A stretch of 64,000 bases of DNA from Eledone cirrhosa (Eukaryota), in the NCBI GenBank assembly GCA_964016885.1, contig OZ024757.1:34100001-34164000 (forward strand). Direction: 5' to 3'. A model generated the notes under the pieces. It worked only from the letters and a program-made list of their open reading frames with translations. It was not told the origin of the DNA and searched no databases. Made by a program: the position numbers and the translations under genes. Shown piece after piece: positions 12,291 to 24,739 of this stretch. How positions within the stretch are numbered: the first letter of the stretch is position 1; each line of letters begins with the position of its first letter.

Positions 12291-13284
12291 CTGGAAAAAG
12301 ACAAATGATAGATCATGTTTGACTATTTTTATATAACCGTTTAGCATTTAAATTATGCTATATTTACTATTATATTTTTGTGGTAAAGGCTTTACTTCAC
12401 ATAATATCGAATCTATGGGATTTTGATATTATCAATTTTGAGAATAATACCTTAACATCAATATGAGTGGCTGGTTATGACCGGTTTGAACAGAAAGAGG
12501 TGAGAGAATTCTGGCTGGATATTGCCGATTTAAATGATAAAGGGTTAACTATATAAATTTATTTACAAGTATGATAAGAAGCACATAGTGCTGGTGCAAC
12601 GATACAAAGAACTTAGTTCAACCTATATATAGGTAGTGCCAGGGCCACAATAAAATGCACTCAGCCCACACTATAAAATGGTAGTATTTGTGACATGATA
12701 AAATGCACCCAGTACACTCTGTAAAGTGGTAGTGCTGTTGCCATGATAAAATGCACTTAGCCCATTCTGTAAAGTGGTAGTTCTGGTGCCACAATAAACT
12801 CCCACCAGTACACTCTGTAAAGTGGTAGTGTTGGTGCCATGTTAACACTTAGCCCACTTTACAAAATGACAGTGCTGGTGCCAAGTTAAAATCCACTAAG
12901 CCCACGCTACAAAGTGGTAGTGCTGGTGTCATGATAAAAAGCACCCAGTAAGTGGCTGTATCTGGTACATGCTGTGAAGTGGTTGGAGTTAGAAAGGTCA
13001 TTCAGTTATAGAAATTATGAATATGTGTGTGATGCCGTCACCTGACCAATCTAGTCTCAAAAGGTGACAATACATCTAACTCATGCCAGCATGGAACATA
13101 AACGTAAAATGTCCCCACAATCTACCGAGTAATTTTTATCATGGCACCAGCACTGGGGAAGTTGTCGTGTCTTTGACACAACACAAGAGTCCTCCCAACC
13201 CTTTGTTTGGCAGGATTTCTACAGTTGAGTGCCGTTGCTTCACCAACAATTACTAAGTGTATTGGGTTTGTTTATCATGTAGAT

Positions 13285-13654
13285 CAGTGTTTCCCAACCG
13301 ATGGCCACATGGCTAAAATGGGCCATGGCAAATTTCGGTGTGCCACAGAAATTTTATAGATGTATCTTTATTGGATATATTCTATGTAAAATGGAAGTAC
13401 CATATTTCCCGGTGTCGAAGATGCTACTTTTTTCCTAAAATAAGTCTCAAAAATCTACCATGCATCCTGGAGGCCGAAAGTTGTTTATTTTTTTTTCAAA
13501 TTTTTGGTTGTCAAAATTAGGGTATGTCTTCGAGGACGAAGTGTCTTCGGCGCTGGGAAATATGGTAATTTTTTACACTATAATAATTTCATGGGCCAAA
13601 GAAAAATTCTGGGTTCAAAGTGGGCCATGAGTTAAAAAGGGTTGGGAACCACTG
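13285..13654. mobile_element. hAT-type MITE containing a nested Tc1/mariner-type MITE (13400-13565)
   Basis: Outer TIR cagtgtttcccaacc/ggttgggaaccactg with 8-bp TSD (a/g)tgtagat. Inner TIR ccatatttccc/gggaaatatgg with TA TSD. Confidence 0.8.
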
Positions 13655-13849
13655 GTGTAGATTACCAGCACTAGGGTGGTTGGTATATTTTTGACACAGC
13701 TAAAGAGTCCTCCTGACTCGGGGATATAAAAAAAGAGATAAAATGATCATAACTGGAACAACTTTAATGATAGGTCGGCTTAAACTGAAAATTAAGCAAC
13801 TACAAAGTGAAATGAGTAAATTATATAGAGTATGTTTGATGGAACTTAC

Positions 13850-13939
13850 CTGACTTGCTCCAGTAAAATGGTAAATTAGGATGATTAACTGCATCCATCC
13901 CTTCCATTCATCTGTTTGGTCTCTGTGTAATACACTGGT
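13850..13939 (-). CDS. CASD1: CASD1 exon 13 ([30 protein letters not shown])
   Basis: ttacag| acceptor, |gtaagt donor. Contains the hallmark [10 protein letters not shown] motif. Confidence 0.97.
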
Positions 13940-13961
13940 CTGTAACAGATATAATTTAGTA

Positions 13962-13995
<34 letters not shown>

Positions 13996-14519
13996 GTGTA
14001 TGTGTGTGAGTCCCGGGTTCAATTATAGGTAAGCTCAGTTAGTAAGGTACTCAATACATTCGTAAAGTGTAAACATCATACAGGACTAGAACTGTTTCAT
14101 TCAAAAGAAATCATCAGGAAATTCCTGATGATTTCTTCTGAATGAAACAGTTCTAGTCCTGTCGAAGCCATTTCTATTTTAAACATGATATATATATAGC
14201 TGACTTTTCCCAATTAAACCTCACAAAGGAGATGACATAGGATTAATATCTCTGGTGCCATGCTGTACTGCAGAAGACCCTCCTCCTTCCCATGTGCACA
14301 AAATGAAATGAAACAAACATGTAGAGGACATATTAGTCTGCACCAATTCTGTAAGGTGGTCATGCTGGTGTCACAACAAAAAGCATCCAGTCCACCCTGT
14401 AAGGTGGATGTGCTGGAGGTTGTCATGCTCTTAACATAACTGGAGAATTCTCTGACTAATAATAGTAGCATCTAAACAAATAAGAAGACAGGTGTAGAGT
14501 TAGCAACATATATTCTTAC

Positions 14520-14628
14520 CTGTTCTGTTTGTTCAGTGAAAAAGAAACCCAAAATCATGACATAAGCAAACGGAAGGAAGAAGTTGACGTGAGTGTAATA
14601 CTTGTTTTCCTTCATGAAGAAGTTTGTT
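14520..14628 (-). CDS. CASD1: CASD1 exon 12 (TNFFMKENKYYTHVNFFLPFAYVMILGFFFTEQTEQ)
   Basis: tttcag| acceptor, |gtaaga donor. Matches NLFMKENKFYTH. Confidence 0.96.
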
Positions 14629-14849
14629 CTGAAATATAAGAAAATTATTGGCGAAACAGTCAAAATATTTCTGTGTATAAAAAGAAATATAATAATACAA
14701 TGCCTACAGAACAAAAGCACAAACAAATTACACGTGTATGTCAAAACCATGTATAATGGCACAAAAATATAAAATCATGAACAAAAATGATAAAGGAAGG
14801 AAAGAAAAGGAAAAAGAAGAAAAAGGAGGAGCAATTCACCACCAAGTGC

Positions 14850-15070
14850 GACAATTGGCAACACCTCACACCTTGGGGTTAACTGTACACTTTCAGGCAA
14901 GCCAACACGCTCGCAGCATTACCACCGGTGACGGCGAAGCTAAGGTGCTGAAATAACCAGGCACACTCATGTGTATCACCAGACACCTCAGTAAGGTGAA
15001 CTGCCAGTGAAGACAAGAACTTTGCTGTCAGCGGCCCAACTCCACTGAACGTTGGAAAAGAAGGATCATT
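14850..15070 (-). mobile_element. CRE-like non-LTR retroelement C-terminal fragment
   Basis: GPLTAKFLSSLA…WLFQHLSFAVTGGNAASVL. Related copies at about 38920-39340 (+), 41850-41975 (+) and 57950-58100 (-). Confidence 0.55.
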
Positions 15071-15394
15071 TAAGAATTTCCTGTTCATATTTATCATTAC
15101 CTTGTTGTTATATTTGGGGAGGATCATGTTGTTATAATATTGCCAGAAAAATATAGTAAAACACACTCAGTGTTTGGTTTGGATTGGTTTTCACGTCAGT
15201 ATATTTTAAAAATATTTTTATAATTAATTCACCTGGCAATCAATGTTTATCGTTGATTGACCAACAGTTAAAAATATGAATATAGTTTCATGATTTCATA
15301 TCAAAAACCTTGCAAAACAAATACATCAACGTCACACTATTTTCCATGGTTGCATGGGTTAGACAGGTTGTCATGTTATGAGGCCAGATATTCC

Positions 15395-15806
15395 AGATGG
15401 ACTGGGTGCTATTTATTACGACACTAGCACTACGATTTTATAGAATGGGCTGGATGCTTTTTATCATGACACAAGCACTACCACTTTTCAGGATGTACCG
15501 AGTACATTTCATTGTGGCACCAACACTACCTCTTTACAGAGTGTACCAGGTGCATTTTATTGTGGTACCAACATTGACATTTTACAGAGTGTACCGAGTG
15601 CATTTTATTGTGGTACCAACATTGACATTTTACAGAGTGTACCAGGTGTATTTTATTGTGGTACCAACATTGACATTTTACAGAATGTACCAGATGCATT
15701 TTATTGTAGCACCAATATTGCCATTTTACAGAGTGTACCAGGTGTATTTTATTGTGGTACCAACATTGCCATTTTACAGAGTGTACCAGGTGTATTTTAA
15801 TGTGGT
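15395..15806. repeat. 48-bp tandem repeat internal to a SINE
   Basis: Unit tttacagagtgtaccaggtgcattttattgtggtaccaacattgacat. Similar arrays at about 3635-3810, 12630-12960, 19240-19530, 34640-35035 and 38010-38330. Confidence 0.85.
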
Positions 15807-15886
15807 CATGAACGGGAGGTTAAAGTAAAAAGAAATAATAATACCAGAAAAAAAAGAAAGAAAAAAACAATAAATGGAAACCATAC

Positions 15887-16007
15887 CTGTCACAGAGATA
15901 AAAATAAAACATTATGATTCCCAGCTTGGCCAAATGGTTGACAATCTCTTGGCAAGCTTCACTGCTGTTGTTCTGTGAGTTAGCCTGGCCATTCCGTGGA
16001 CCATTTT
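15887..16007 (-). CDS. CASD1: CASD1 exon 11 (…EIVNHLAKLGIIMFYFYLCDR)
   Basis: ttttcag| acceptor, |gtatgg donor. Matches KLGLIMAYFYMCDR. Confidence 0.94.
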
Positions 16008-16048
16008 CTGAAAAAGAAAGCAAAAATAAAAACCCACAAAATATAATT

Positions 16049-16400
16049 TAATCTAGAAAATGGTGTTTTATTTGAAGTGCTACAGCAATACAAATTGAAC
16101 ATTATATGTTAATTAAATACATAATCTAGAAAATGGTGTTTTATTTGAAGTGCTACAGCAATACAAATTGAACATTATATGTTAAATATATAATCTAGAA
16201 AATGGTGTTTTATTTGAAGTGCTACAGCAATACAAATTGAACATTATATGTTAAATACATAATCTAGAAAATGGTGTTTTATTTGAAGTGCTACAGCAAT
16301 ACAAATTGAACATTATATGTTAAATACATAATCTAGAAAATGGTGTTTTATTTGAAGTGCTACAGCAATACAAATTGAACATTATATGTTAAATATATAA
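16049..16400. repeat. 69-bp tandem repeat, 5 nearly identical copies
   Basis: atctagaaaatggtg recurs at 16051, 16124, 16193, 16262 and 16331. Confidence 0.95.
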
Positions 16401-16620
16401 TTGTTTCTACATTTGACAAAAGGCCAGCAATTTGAAGAGAAGGGGTAAGTCGATTAAATCGACCCCCAGTGTGTTACTGGTACTTTATTTTATTGACCTC
16501 GTAAGGATGAAAGGCAAAGTTAACCTCAGCAGGATTTGAATTCAGAATGTAAAGGGCCATAACTCTAAACCGCGAAGCATGGTGTCCGACGCTCTACCGA
16601 TACTGCCAATCCACCATCCT
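16398..16620 (-). mobile_element. tRNA-derived SINE, most abundant family in the window
   Basis: ggattggcagtatcggtagag…gagttcaaatcc…ttgcctttcatccttacggggtcgat…aattgctggccttgtg. Dozens of copies, e.g. 4400-4715, 6112-6272, 21390-21805, 23540-23935, 26464-26655, 42320-42840, 48525-49550, 57754-57932 and 60073-60232. Confidence 0.85.
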
Positions 16621-17077
16621 CATGTTAAATACATAATGATAATAACGATGAAGTTGTTATTATACATGATGTTATACATGATGAAGTTGTACTTATATTT
16701 CAGGATTAAATTCCTTCAGCAAAAGAATAATTGAGGAAACTGATTCAGAGCAGGTATTAATATGGCTGCAGCCTGTACAGAGTGTACTGGGTGTCTTTAG
16801 CATGTAAATTACCACCCCTAGGTAGGTTGTCATGCCTTTGACACAACTGAAGAGTGCTCCCGACTCTTTGTTTGGCAAGTTTTCTACAGTTGGATGCATT
16901 TTCTATCTGTCTTCTTATTTTATGATGGCAGGGTATAATTTGAGAAAATTTTAGCTGCTATTTCTAGCAAAGACGAATGACCACATAGAAGGTCCCTCAC
17001 AGCTGGAAGCTGTAGGACCACTCTCCAAAACATGACTATATTGTATGTACTAGAATAGAGAAATAGTACAAACTTAC

Positions 17078-17151
17078 CAGCCCTAGCTTTTACTCCATTC
17101 CTGCGTGTTTTTCTTCTGCGATAAATCCACAAGGCTATGGCTGATATGATA
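17078..17151 (-). CDS. CASD1: CASD1 exon 10 (IISAIALWIYRRRKTRRNGVKARA)
   Basis: ttgcag| acceptor, |gtaagt donor. Phases fit the neighbours (2 to 1). Encodes a TM end plus a basic stretch. Confidence 0.85.
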
Positions 17152-18267
17152 CTGCAAGTTAGAAATAATTGGCTATGAAGACACAAGTTCAATTAAAGAT
17201 ATAATATTGAAACACAAGACAATAGAGGGTCTGAGAAGACTATACAATGTGGATGGTCATATGACAACCTCTCTAGTGCTGGAGCCACGATAAAATGCAC
17301 CCAGTACACTCCGTAAAGTGGTAGAACAGGTACCACAATAAAATTCACCCTGTCTGCTCTATAATGTGACAATGTTGATGCTAGAAGAAAATTCACTAGT
17401 TCACTCTATAATGTAGTAGAACAGGTGCCATGATAAAATTCTCCCAGTTTATCTTGTAAAGTTATAGTGCTTGTACATTATATAATACACATACATGTGT
17501 CCAGGGTGAAATTTTGGCCTCTCAACCATTTAGCACCAGCCTGATAGCATCTAGGCTTTGAACAGACTAATATTATGTGTGTCCAAAGTGGAGTCTTGTA
17601 CTCTCAGTTACTGAACCCTTAAGCATTTAAACAGGCCATATCCGGCCAGAATTCTTTTACCTTAATCTCTTCAAGCTGGCCGCTCTTACTGGTGTCAAGG
17701 TATTGTTCTCAAAATAAAAAAATATCAAAATCTCGTAGATTTGATATCATGTGAGATAATTAAGTAAGGTAAAGCTTTTACCATGAAAATATAATAGTAA
17801 ATATGATAGAATATATAGAGTAATGTAAATAATAAAGAGTTAATGCTAAGTGCTCGGTCTACACTGTAACATGGCCGTTTTGGTGCTATGACAAAAAGCA
17901 CCCAGTCCACACTGTAAAGTGGTCATCTTGGTGCCATAATAAAAAGCACCCAGTCCATGCTGTAAATATGGTTGGTGTTAGGAAGGTCATCCAGTCATAG
18001 AAACCAAGCTAGAAACAGTTCTGAGCATGACACAGTCATCTAACTTAACTTGACTCACAATGGGACAGCTCATCTAACCCATACTAGTGTGGAAAAATGG
18101 AGTTTAAATGGTGATGATGATGATGATGATGAAACCAGGATAAGCACCAGTTTGATGAGTCTCCGGACTTGGGGGAAAAAAAGAAAGAAAACCTGGCTGT
18201 TTCTCATCCAACTTGCTCATAAAAAAACAAAACAATAAAACAAAAAGAAATAAGGTGTTGGTATTAC

Positions 18268-18392
18268 ATGACTAAGAAAGTAGCTGCAGTGATGAGCTGA
18301 AGAGTGGAAACAGGATCTGGACTACGACAACATGTCCCATCATTGTAGTTCATGTGATTGTTACAGTACATGTTGAATAATATCTGGGCATC
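18268..18392 (-). CDS. CASD1: CASD1 exon 9 (DAQILFNMYCNNHMNYNDGTCCRSPDPVSTLQLITAATFLV)
   Basis: ctgcag| acceptor, |gtaata donor. Matches ILMNVYCN…DGSCCQP. Confidence 0.94.
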
Positions 18393-20164
18393 CTGCAGAG
18401 AAAACAAAACAGACCGTAGAAACATAGAAATAGAAAATTAATACCCACACAGCTATGACACATATTTAACCCTTCTTTAACCACATTTCTAATGAAATAC
18501 ACTCTATTTTAATTAATTAATGAAGAATTTTGAGGGATTTACTAACATTTTTTAATTATTTCATTACTAACAGAGTAATTTAACCTGTTGACTGCCATGT
18601 ATATTTTACATAGCTAAAGTTGCTGGGCTGGGTTTTGTTTCAGTAAAATGACTATTTTTTTTAAACAAACATTTATTAACAACACATATCTGAATCATTG
18701 ACAGATGTCACATTAATAAACTAGTAACCCCATCTAGCTTTGAAGTTATGAACTGTTGGAAAAGAGTTCAAACACGTTAGGACGAGTTATCTCGTCTATG
18801 GTGCTAAAGGGGTTAATGTAAGGTTCTTATATAAAATTATGCTGGAAGATTTTAATTTAAATTGGAAACCTTTAAAATGGGAGGTTTTATTTCATAGAAC
18901 CAGAGCCAGTTTTGGCGGGGTTGGTAATTAAAGGGTTAATTAATTACACATAGGTACAGGCTTGACTGTGTGCTTAAGGAGCTCACCTTGTGTTCTTATG
19001 ATGATATACGAGAGTGGGCTGAAATGTTCATAGGCTGACTATGGAGGGGTGATGCTAGTGCTGTGAAATCTTGCATGCATTAATTTCAACTCTTCTTATT
19101 AATAACTGATTTGTTTCTTTCCGGGGACAATGTTGAAAAATAAACCTTATTTGGTCATTCCATGAGAGTATCTTAGTCAGCCTAGGAACTTTTCTGTATC
19201 TTGTAGATATTATCTTATGGTGATATTTATAAGTACAATGTCCACTCTGTAATGTGATAGTGCAGTGCCACAACAAAAAAAAGCACCCAGACCACCTGGT
19301 CATGCGGTAGTGCTGGTGCCATTAAAAAAAGCACCCAGTCCACCCTGTATTGTGGTACTGCTGGTACTACAACAAAAAAGCACCCAGTTCTACCTGTAAG
19401 ATAGTAGTGGTAGTGCCATTATAAAAAGAACCAGTCCACCCTGTAAGGTGGTAGTGCTGGTGCCACAACAAAAAAGTACCCAAACAACCCTGTTAAGTAC
19501 CAGAGTCATGATAAAATACTCCCGGTACACAATCTAAAGTGGTTGGCATTAGGAAAGGCATCCAGTCATGGAAACCATGCTCTCAGTATATGCTATAAAA
19601 TGGTTACCATTAGGAAGAACATACAGCTGTAGAAACTGAACCAAAACGGTGCATAAAAGCAGGACCGGTAACCTGACTGCTCTAGTCTCAGCACATGATA
19701 GCCTATCTAATCCATACAAGAATGGAAAATAGACATTAAACAGTGATGATAATCATCATCATCATCAGCATTTAACATCTGCTTTCCCTGCTAGCAAGAG
19801 TTGGACATGTCTACATAGACCAAGTCAGTTCTGGAGTGGGGTCACTGACTTCACAGACAGGCTGAAGGGTCTGTATCCCGCTTAAGTATGATCATTTTGA
19901 GTGCAGAGACATTGTCGTGTCATTTGACACAAACTGAAGGGTCTTCCTAACCCCTTGTTTGGCAAGCTTTCTATGGTTGGATGCCCTTCCTAACACCAAC
20001 CACTTTACAGCGTGTACTGGGTGCTTTTAATGTGTATGATATCAATGATAATGATGATATTTAAGATGATGATGATGATGATATTTAAGATGATGATAAT
20101 GATGATGGTGATTTTTAAGATGATGATGAAATGTAGAAACCCTAGAAATATGTTAACAGCCTAC

Positions 20165-20270
20165 CAGTTCCAAAGCAGAGCTAGGAATGTGAAGTCCATC
20201 AACAGACTCTTTCTTCAATCCTTGTCCAACAAGACGTGATGAACTCCAAATACTGGCAGCACTGTTATCC
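20165..20270 (-). CDS. CASD1: CASD1 exon 8 (…SIWSSSRLVGQGLKKESVDGLHIPSSALEL), catalytic DxxH
   Basis: tttttag| acceptor, |gtaggc donor. Contains the DGLH motif. Confidence 0.95.
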
Positions 20271-20761
20271 CTAAAAACATAGACAGAAAAAAACATTAAC
20301 AAACATTAAGCCTGTCCAGACAGAATGTGGTGGGACATAAGTTTGTTAATTCAAATGTTAATAGTATATTTACTACTGGACAAATCTGTGTGAAAAATTA
20401 CAGTATTAAAGTAAAAACTTTAATATTTAATGTGACACAATCATGGTGGTGTTTTGTACTTTTCAAGAATGTCTTGCTAATGTGGTTTTATGTGGTTTGT
20501 TAATTCAAATGTTTACAGTATCTTTACTACAGGACAGATTGCTTATGAAAATTTGTAGTACTACAGCAAAGACTTACACTTTTTAACATGATAGGGTTAT
20601 AGTGTTGTTTTGTACTTTACAAGAATGTCTTGCTAATGTGGCTTCATATGAAACAGGACATTGAGAATCAAGGCTTTGCATTAAAAACCAAAGTAAAAAT
20701 GAAATACTAAATTAAATTCTTACACCTCTTGGCATTACTCCCTTTTTAAGTGACTAAAAGC

Positions 20762-21165
20762 ATATGATCTTGAATACAAGCGGCTGAAATGGGGTTCCTC
20801 CAAAGGGCCTTTGGAGTAACATTACTGGATAGAGTGCATAGCTCAGAGATCATAGAGTCACTCCAGGTAGAGCTGCTACTTCTCCAAATTGAGAGATCAC
20901 AGCTCCGATACTATGGGCATGTGGTTAGGAATGTCTCAGGAAAGAATCACTGGACAGATATTATGAGCAAAACCAACTGGCAGAAGACCCAGGGGTAGAC
21001 CCAGAGCAATATGATTGGGTAACATCCATGAGCTCGGCTGGTCTTGCTTAGGGTTTCAGCCGGATCAATTGGAGACAGTTGCTTCTGAGAGGACCCACTG
21101 GAAGGAGTGTTAGAGGTCACTTCCCCCTACGACCCTCCCAGGAATAAGTGGACAAAGAAGAAGAA
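20762..21165 (+). mobile_element. RTE-clade LINE 3' fragment with (GAA)n tail
   Basis: IQAAEMGFLQR…IERSQLRYYGHVVR…GRRPRGRP. Related copies at about 24017-24390 (-), 33806-34037 (-), 49950-50180 (+), 54948-55330 (-) and 58760-58815 (+). Confidence 0.8.
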
Positions 21166-21173
21166 ATACTTAC

Positions 21174-21264
21174 AATATCTGAATGGCTACTTTGTTGTAG
21201 TCATCAATCTGTTGATTAGTGATCATTGAACGGTTCACAGACAGCTTCTCTTCATTTACTGGAT
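21174..21264 (-). CDS. CASD1: CASD1 exon 7 (DPVNEEKLSVNRSMITNQQIDDYNKVAIQI)
   Basis: cccag| acceptor, |gtaagt donor. Matches DPVYEDLLSENRKMITNEKIDAYN. Confidence 0.95.
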
Positions 21265-21849
21265 CTGGGATAAAAACAAAAAATGAGTGGTGCAGGCTGT
21301 ATGCTACTTGCTGGTGAGGGTAGAGGAGTCAACCCACCTTCAGTGGTGTCTGACATACTGTGGAATGTGCCTTGGCTTTCTGTGATAATGGTTTATAATT
21401 TAGGCACAAGGACAGCAATTTGGTAGAATTGATTATATCAACCCCAATACATAACTGGCACTTTATTTTATCAACCTCATAAGGATGAAAGGCAAGGTTG
21501 ACCTCGGTGGGATTTGAACTCAGATTGTAAAGGGCAGTAACTAAATGCAGCAAAGTATTTTGTCTGATGCTCTACCAATTCTGCCAATTCATTATGATAA
21601 TGATTTCTGGTTTAGGCACAAGGCCAATAAATTTGAGGAGGGGGAAAATTGATTAAATTAACCCCAGTGTATTACTGGTGCTTTATTTTATCGACCCTGT
21701 AAGGATGACAGGCAAAGCTAACCTCGGCGGGATTTCAACTCAGATCATAAAAGGCAGTAGCTAAATGCTGCAGAGCATTTTCTCCGACGCTCTACTGATT
21801 CTGATAATGATGATAATAAAGATTTAATTATTAACAGTAAATAGTTTAC

Positions 21850-21921
21850 CTTGAAGCATCCATAATATTGACGCTGTGTTCTTCAGTTTGTTCAGGTAGG
21901 GGACAATCATTGTTAGGTTGA
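21850..21921 (-). CDS. CASD1: CASD1 exon 6 (VNLTMIVPYLNKLKNTASILWMLQ)
   Basis: tttccag| acceptor, |gtaaac donor. Matches NITSIAPLLEKL…YWVLQ. Confidence 0.92.
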
Positions 21922-22972
21922 CTGGAAAATAAATAAACAAAATGTTTTATGGTGTGTATTTTTGTGCCTTAATGGTTAGGATGTTGGACCTACGATCAAT
22001 AGGTGATGTGTTCGATTCCTACATATATATTGTATATCGTCATCATTTAACGTCAGCTTTCCTTGCTAGCAAGGGTTGGATGGGTCTACAAAGACCAAGC
22101 CAGTACTGAAGTGGGGCTACTGACCTTCCAGACAGACTGTGGGGTCTGTATACTGTTTACATATGGTCATATCGAGTGCAGAGGAGAAGTTGTCAAGTCT
22201 TTTGACACAACCTGAAGGGTCCTCCGAACACTTTGTTTGGCAAGCTTTCTATGGCTAGGGGCCCTTCCTAACACCAACAACTTTACAACATGTACTGGGT
22301 GCTTTTATTGTGTAGATCACCAACACTAGAGAGGTTGTTGTGTCTTTGACACAACTAAAGGGTCCTCTCAACCCTTTTAGGCGTGTAAGAAAGGAAGAGA
22401 GATGGTATAACATATTCAACATCCTTTTATTCTATTACATCATCCAGTTATGAACATTTCAAAGGCACAGAAAAGTTGTTATTCAATAATTCTTAATTAT
22501 TAAATATGTTTTCATCAGACAGGAATTTCGAATGTAAATAGACGTAAAGTTTGTTTTTGTTATGCCTGCCATGGAGGATGTGTATATATCTCGATATTCA
22601 GCAACCATGTATATACAGTTATTCGTGGAATTTTCCTTACAACCTAACTAATAATTGTTTGTGGAAACAACTGTATATTCGTGTAATCATAAATATCTTC
22701 CGCGATTTTTATGGGTTTTTTCGTGGCAATATATATTTTTTCACGCTTTTTAACGCTAAATTATTAATAACAATATACCGTATTTGCTGGCCTATATTTT
22801 ACATTATATTTTCACGTTTATATGCATTTTTATGGACCACGTCCAATATTCGCGGTTTTTCACTTTTTGGGGGGTGCTCTAGAAACATAACCCCTGCGAA
22901 TACCAGGGGACAACCATGTGTGTGTGTATATATATATATATTTAAATGTGACAAAGACAAACCAGAACTTAC

Positions 22973-23024
22973 CTTCAAAGTTCTTTAGAGCTTGTTCACT
23001 AGCATTATTTAATTTTATACTCCA
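22973..23024 (-). CDS. CASD1: CASD1 exon 5 (WSIKLNNASEQALKNFE)
   Basis: ttttcag| acceptor, |gtaagt donor. Matches WSIKIHNGSSEAL. Confidence 0.92.
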
Positions 23025-23173
23025 CTGAAAAGCAAGAAGAGAGTCAGTTGAGTCAACATTACAACAAGAAGAATGGGTAACACTTTAAAATAAACTGTTT
23101 CACATCATAAAACTAAGGGCTATTTGGTATAAAAAGGGTTAACAATTAGAAAGAGGAGAGATAGTGTACTAAC

Positions 23174-23284
23174 TGTTCCACTCCCGGTAACAATGAGATT
23201 TGGACGAGCTGTTGGGCCACTCATGAGCCATGACTTGTAGACGTAATACATTGATGTGTTAACCATCGGTTGCCAAAGAAAGTC
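23174..23284 (-). CDS. CASD1: CASD1 exon 4 (DFLWQPMVNTSMYYVYKSWLMSGPTARPNLIVTGSGT)
   Basis: ttgcag| acceptor, |gttagt donor. Matches DFLWHPEVNGSM…PHVIVAGAAT. Confidence 0.94.
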
Positions 23285-24016
23285 CTGCAAATAAATTATA
23301 GAAGCATATATTGATTTATATTTAAACCTTTAGCATTTATATCACTCTATATATACTATTGTATTTTCACAGTAAAGGCTTTAACTAACATAATATTGAA
23401 TCTACAAGATTTTTATATTATTTATTTTGAGAATAATGCCTTAACATAAGTATGAGCAGCTGGTTATGGCCAGTTTGAAGAGAAAGAGGTGAGAGAATTC
23501 TGGCTGGATACGGCTGGTTTAAATGCTAAAGGGTCAGTAAATTTTGGGGGAAGGGCAAAGTTGATTATATCAACTGGTTCTTTACTTTATTGACCTGATG
23601 AGATGAAAGACAAAGTTAACCTCAGCAGGATTTTAACTGAGAATGTAAAGAGTCAGAACAAATACTGTAATGGCATTTTATCCGATGCTCTACCAATTCT
23701 GCCAATCCACTATACTTTAACATATTGATTTTTAATTTAGGCACAAGGCCAGCAAATTTGGAGGGGTGGGGGAGGGCAAAGTCAATTATATCAACCCCAG
23801 TACTTGACTGGTACTTTATTTTATCAACCCTGAAAGAATGAAAAGCAAAGTTGACCATGGCAGGATTTAAACTTAGAATGTTAAAATTCAGAATAAATAC
23901 TGCAATGGCATTTTATCTGATGCTCAACCAATTCTGACACTCTACAACTCTGAATTATAGAAATACATATTAGATATGTGTTAGTTAAGTTATGAGGGCC
24001 CCAAATATTTGAAAAA

Positions 24017-24390
24017 TTCTTCTTCCTCGCCCACTTATTCCTGAGAGGGTCGTGGGGGCAGAGTCCTCAAACACTCCTTCCAGCGGGTCCTGTCAGAAGC
24101 AACTGTCTCCAACTGATCTAACTGAATCCCCAAGTGAGACCAGCAAAGCTCATGGATGTTATCAAACCATCTTGCTCGGAGTCTCCTGCCTGTTGGTTTT
24201 GCCTGTAAAATCTGTCCAGCAATTCTTAATGAGACATTCTAGCCCATAGTATCGGAGCTGTGATCTCTCAATTCGGAGAAGTAGCAGATCTACCTGGAGT
24301 GACACTCTGATCTCTGAACTAAGCACTCTATCTGGTAACATTACTCCAAAGACTCTTTGGAGAAACCCTATTTCGGCCACTTGTATTCTT
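24017..24390 (-). mobile_element. RTE-clade LINE 3' fragment (same family as 20762-21165)
   Basis: AEIGFLQRVFGV…IERSQLRYYG with the same 3' tail. Confidence 0.8.
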
Positions 24391-24474
24391 TTGGTCTACG
24401 ACTAAAATAAAACAATAAAATGCCACAAAAACAAAAACAAAAAATTCAATGAAACAAAAGAAAAAGCTACTCAC

Positions 24475-24661
24475 AACTCTGGCACTAATTTGATCATCAT
24501 CGTAATGAAGATCGTTGTGGACTTTTCTCTCTGGAATGTCAGTGGTACTCACCAACTTCATAAATTCAAAATAGAGCTGCCTTATGCGAGAGTCACCAAC
24601 AAAAGCTATGTGATTCCGTCCACCCCAGTATGATATATAATGCATACACATTCGGACATCT
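24475..24661 (-). CDS. CASD1: CASD1 exon 3 (…NHIAFVGDSRIRQLYFEF…), catalytic Ser motif
   Basis: ttttcag| acceptor, |gtgagt donor. Contains the GDS motif; phase 2 to 0. Confidence 0.96.
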
Positions 24662-24705
24662 CTGAAAAAGAAAAGATGAAATTGTAAACACATGCAGACA
24701 TGATG

Positions 24706-24739
<34 letters not shown>

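Noticed and set aside
15397-15828. 143-aa ORF with 16-aa repeats
   Set aside because: Translation of the SINE-internal 48-bp tandem repeat.
22551-22988. 145-aa plus-strand ORF
   Set aside because: Crosses a decayed DNA-transposon-like segment and a microsatellite, and overlaps CASD1 exon 5 antisense.
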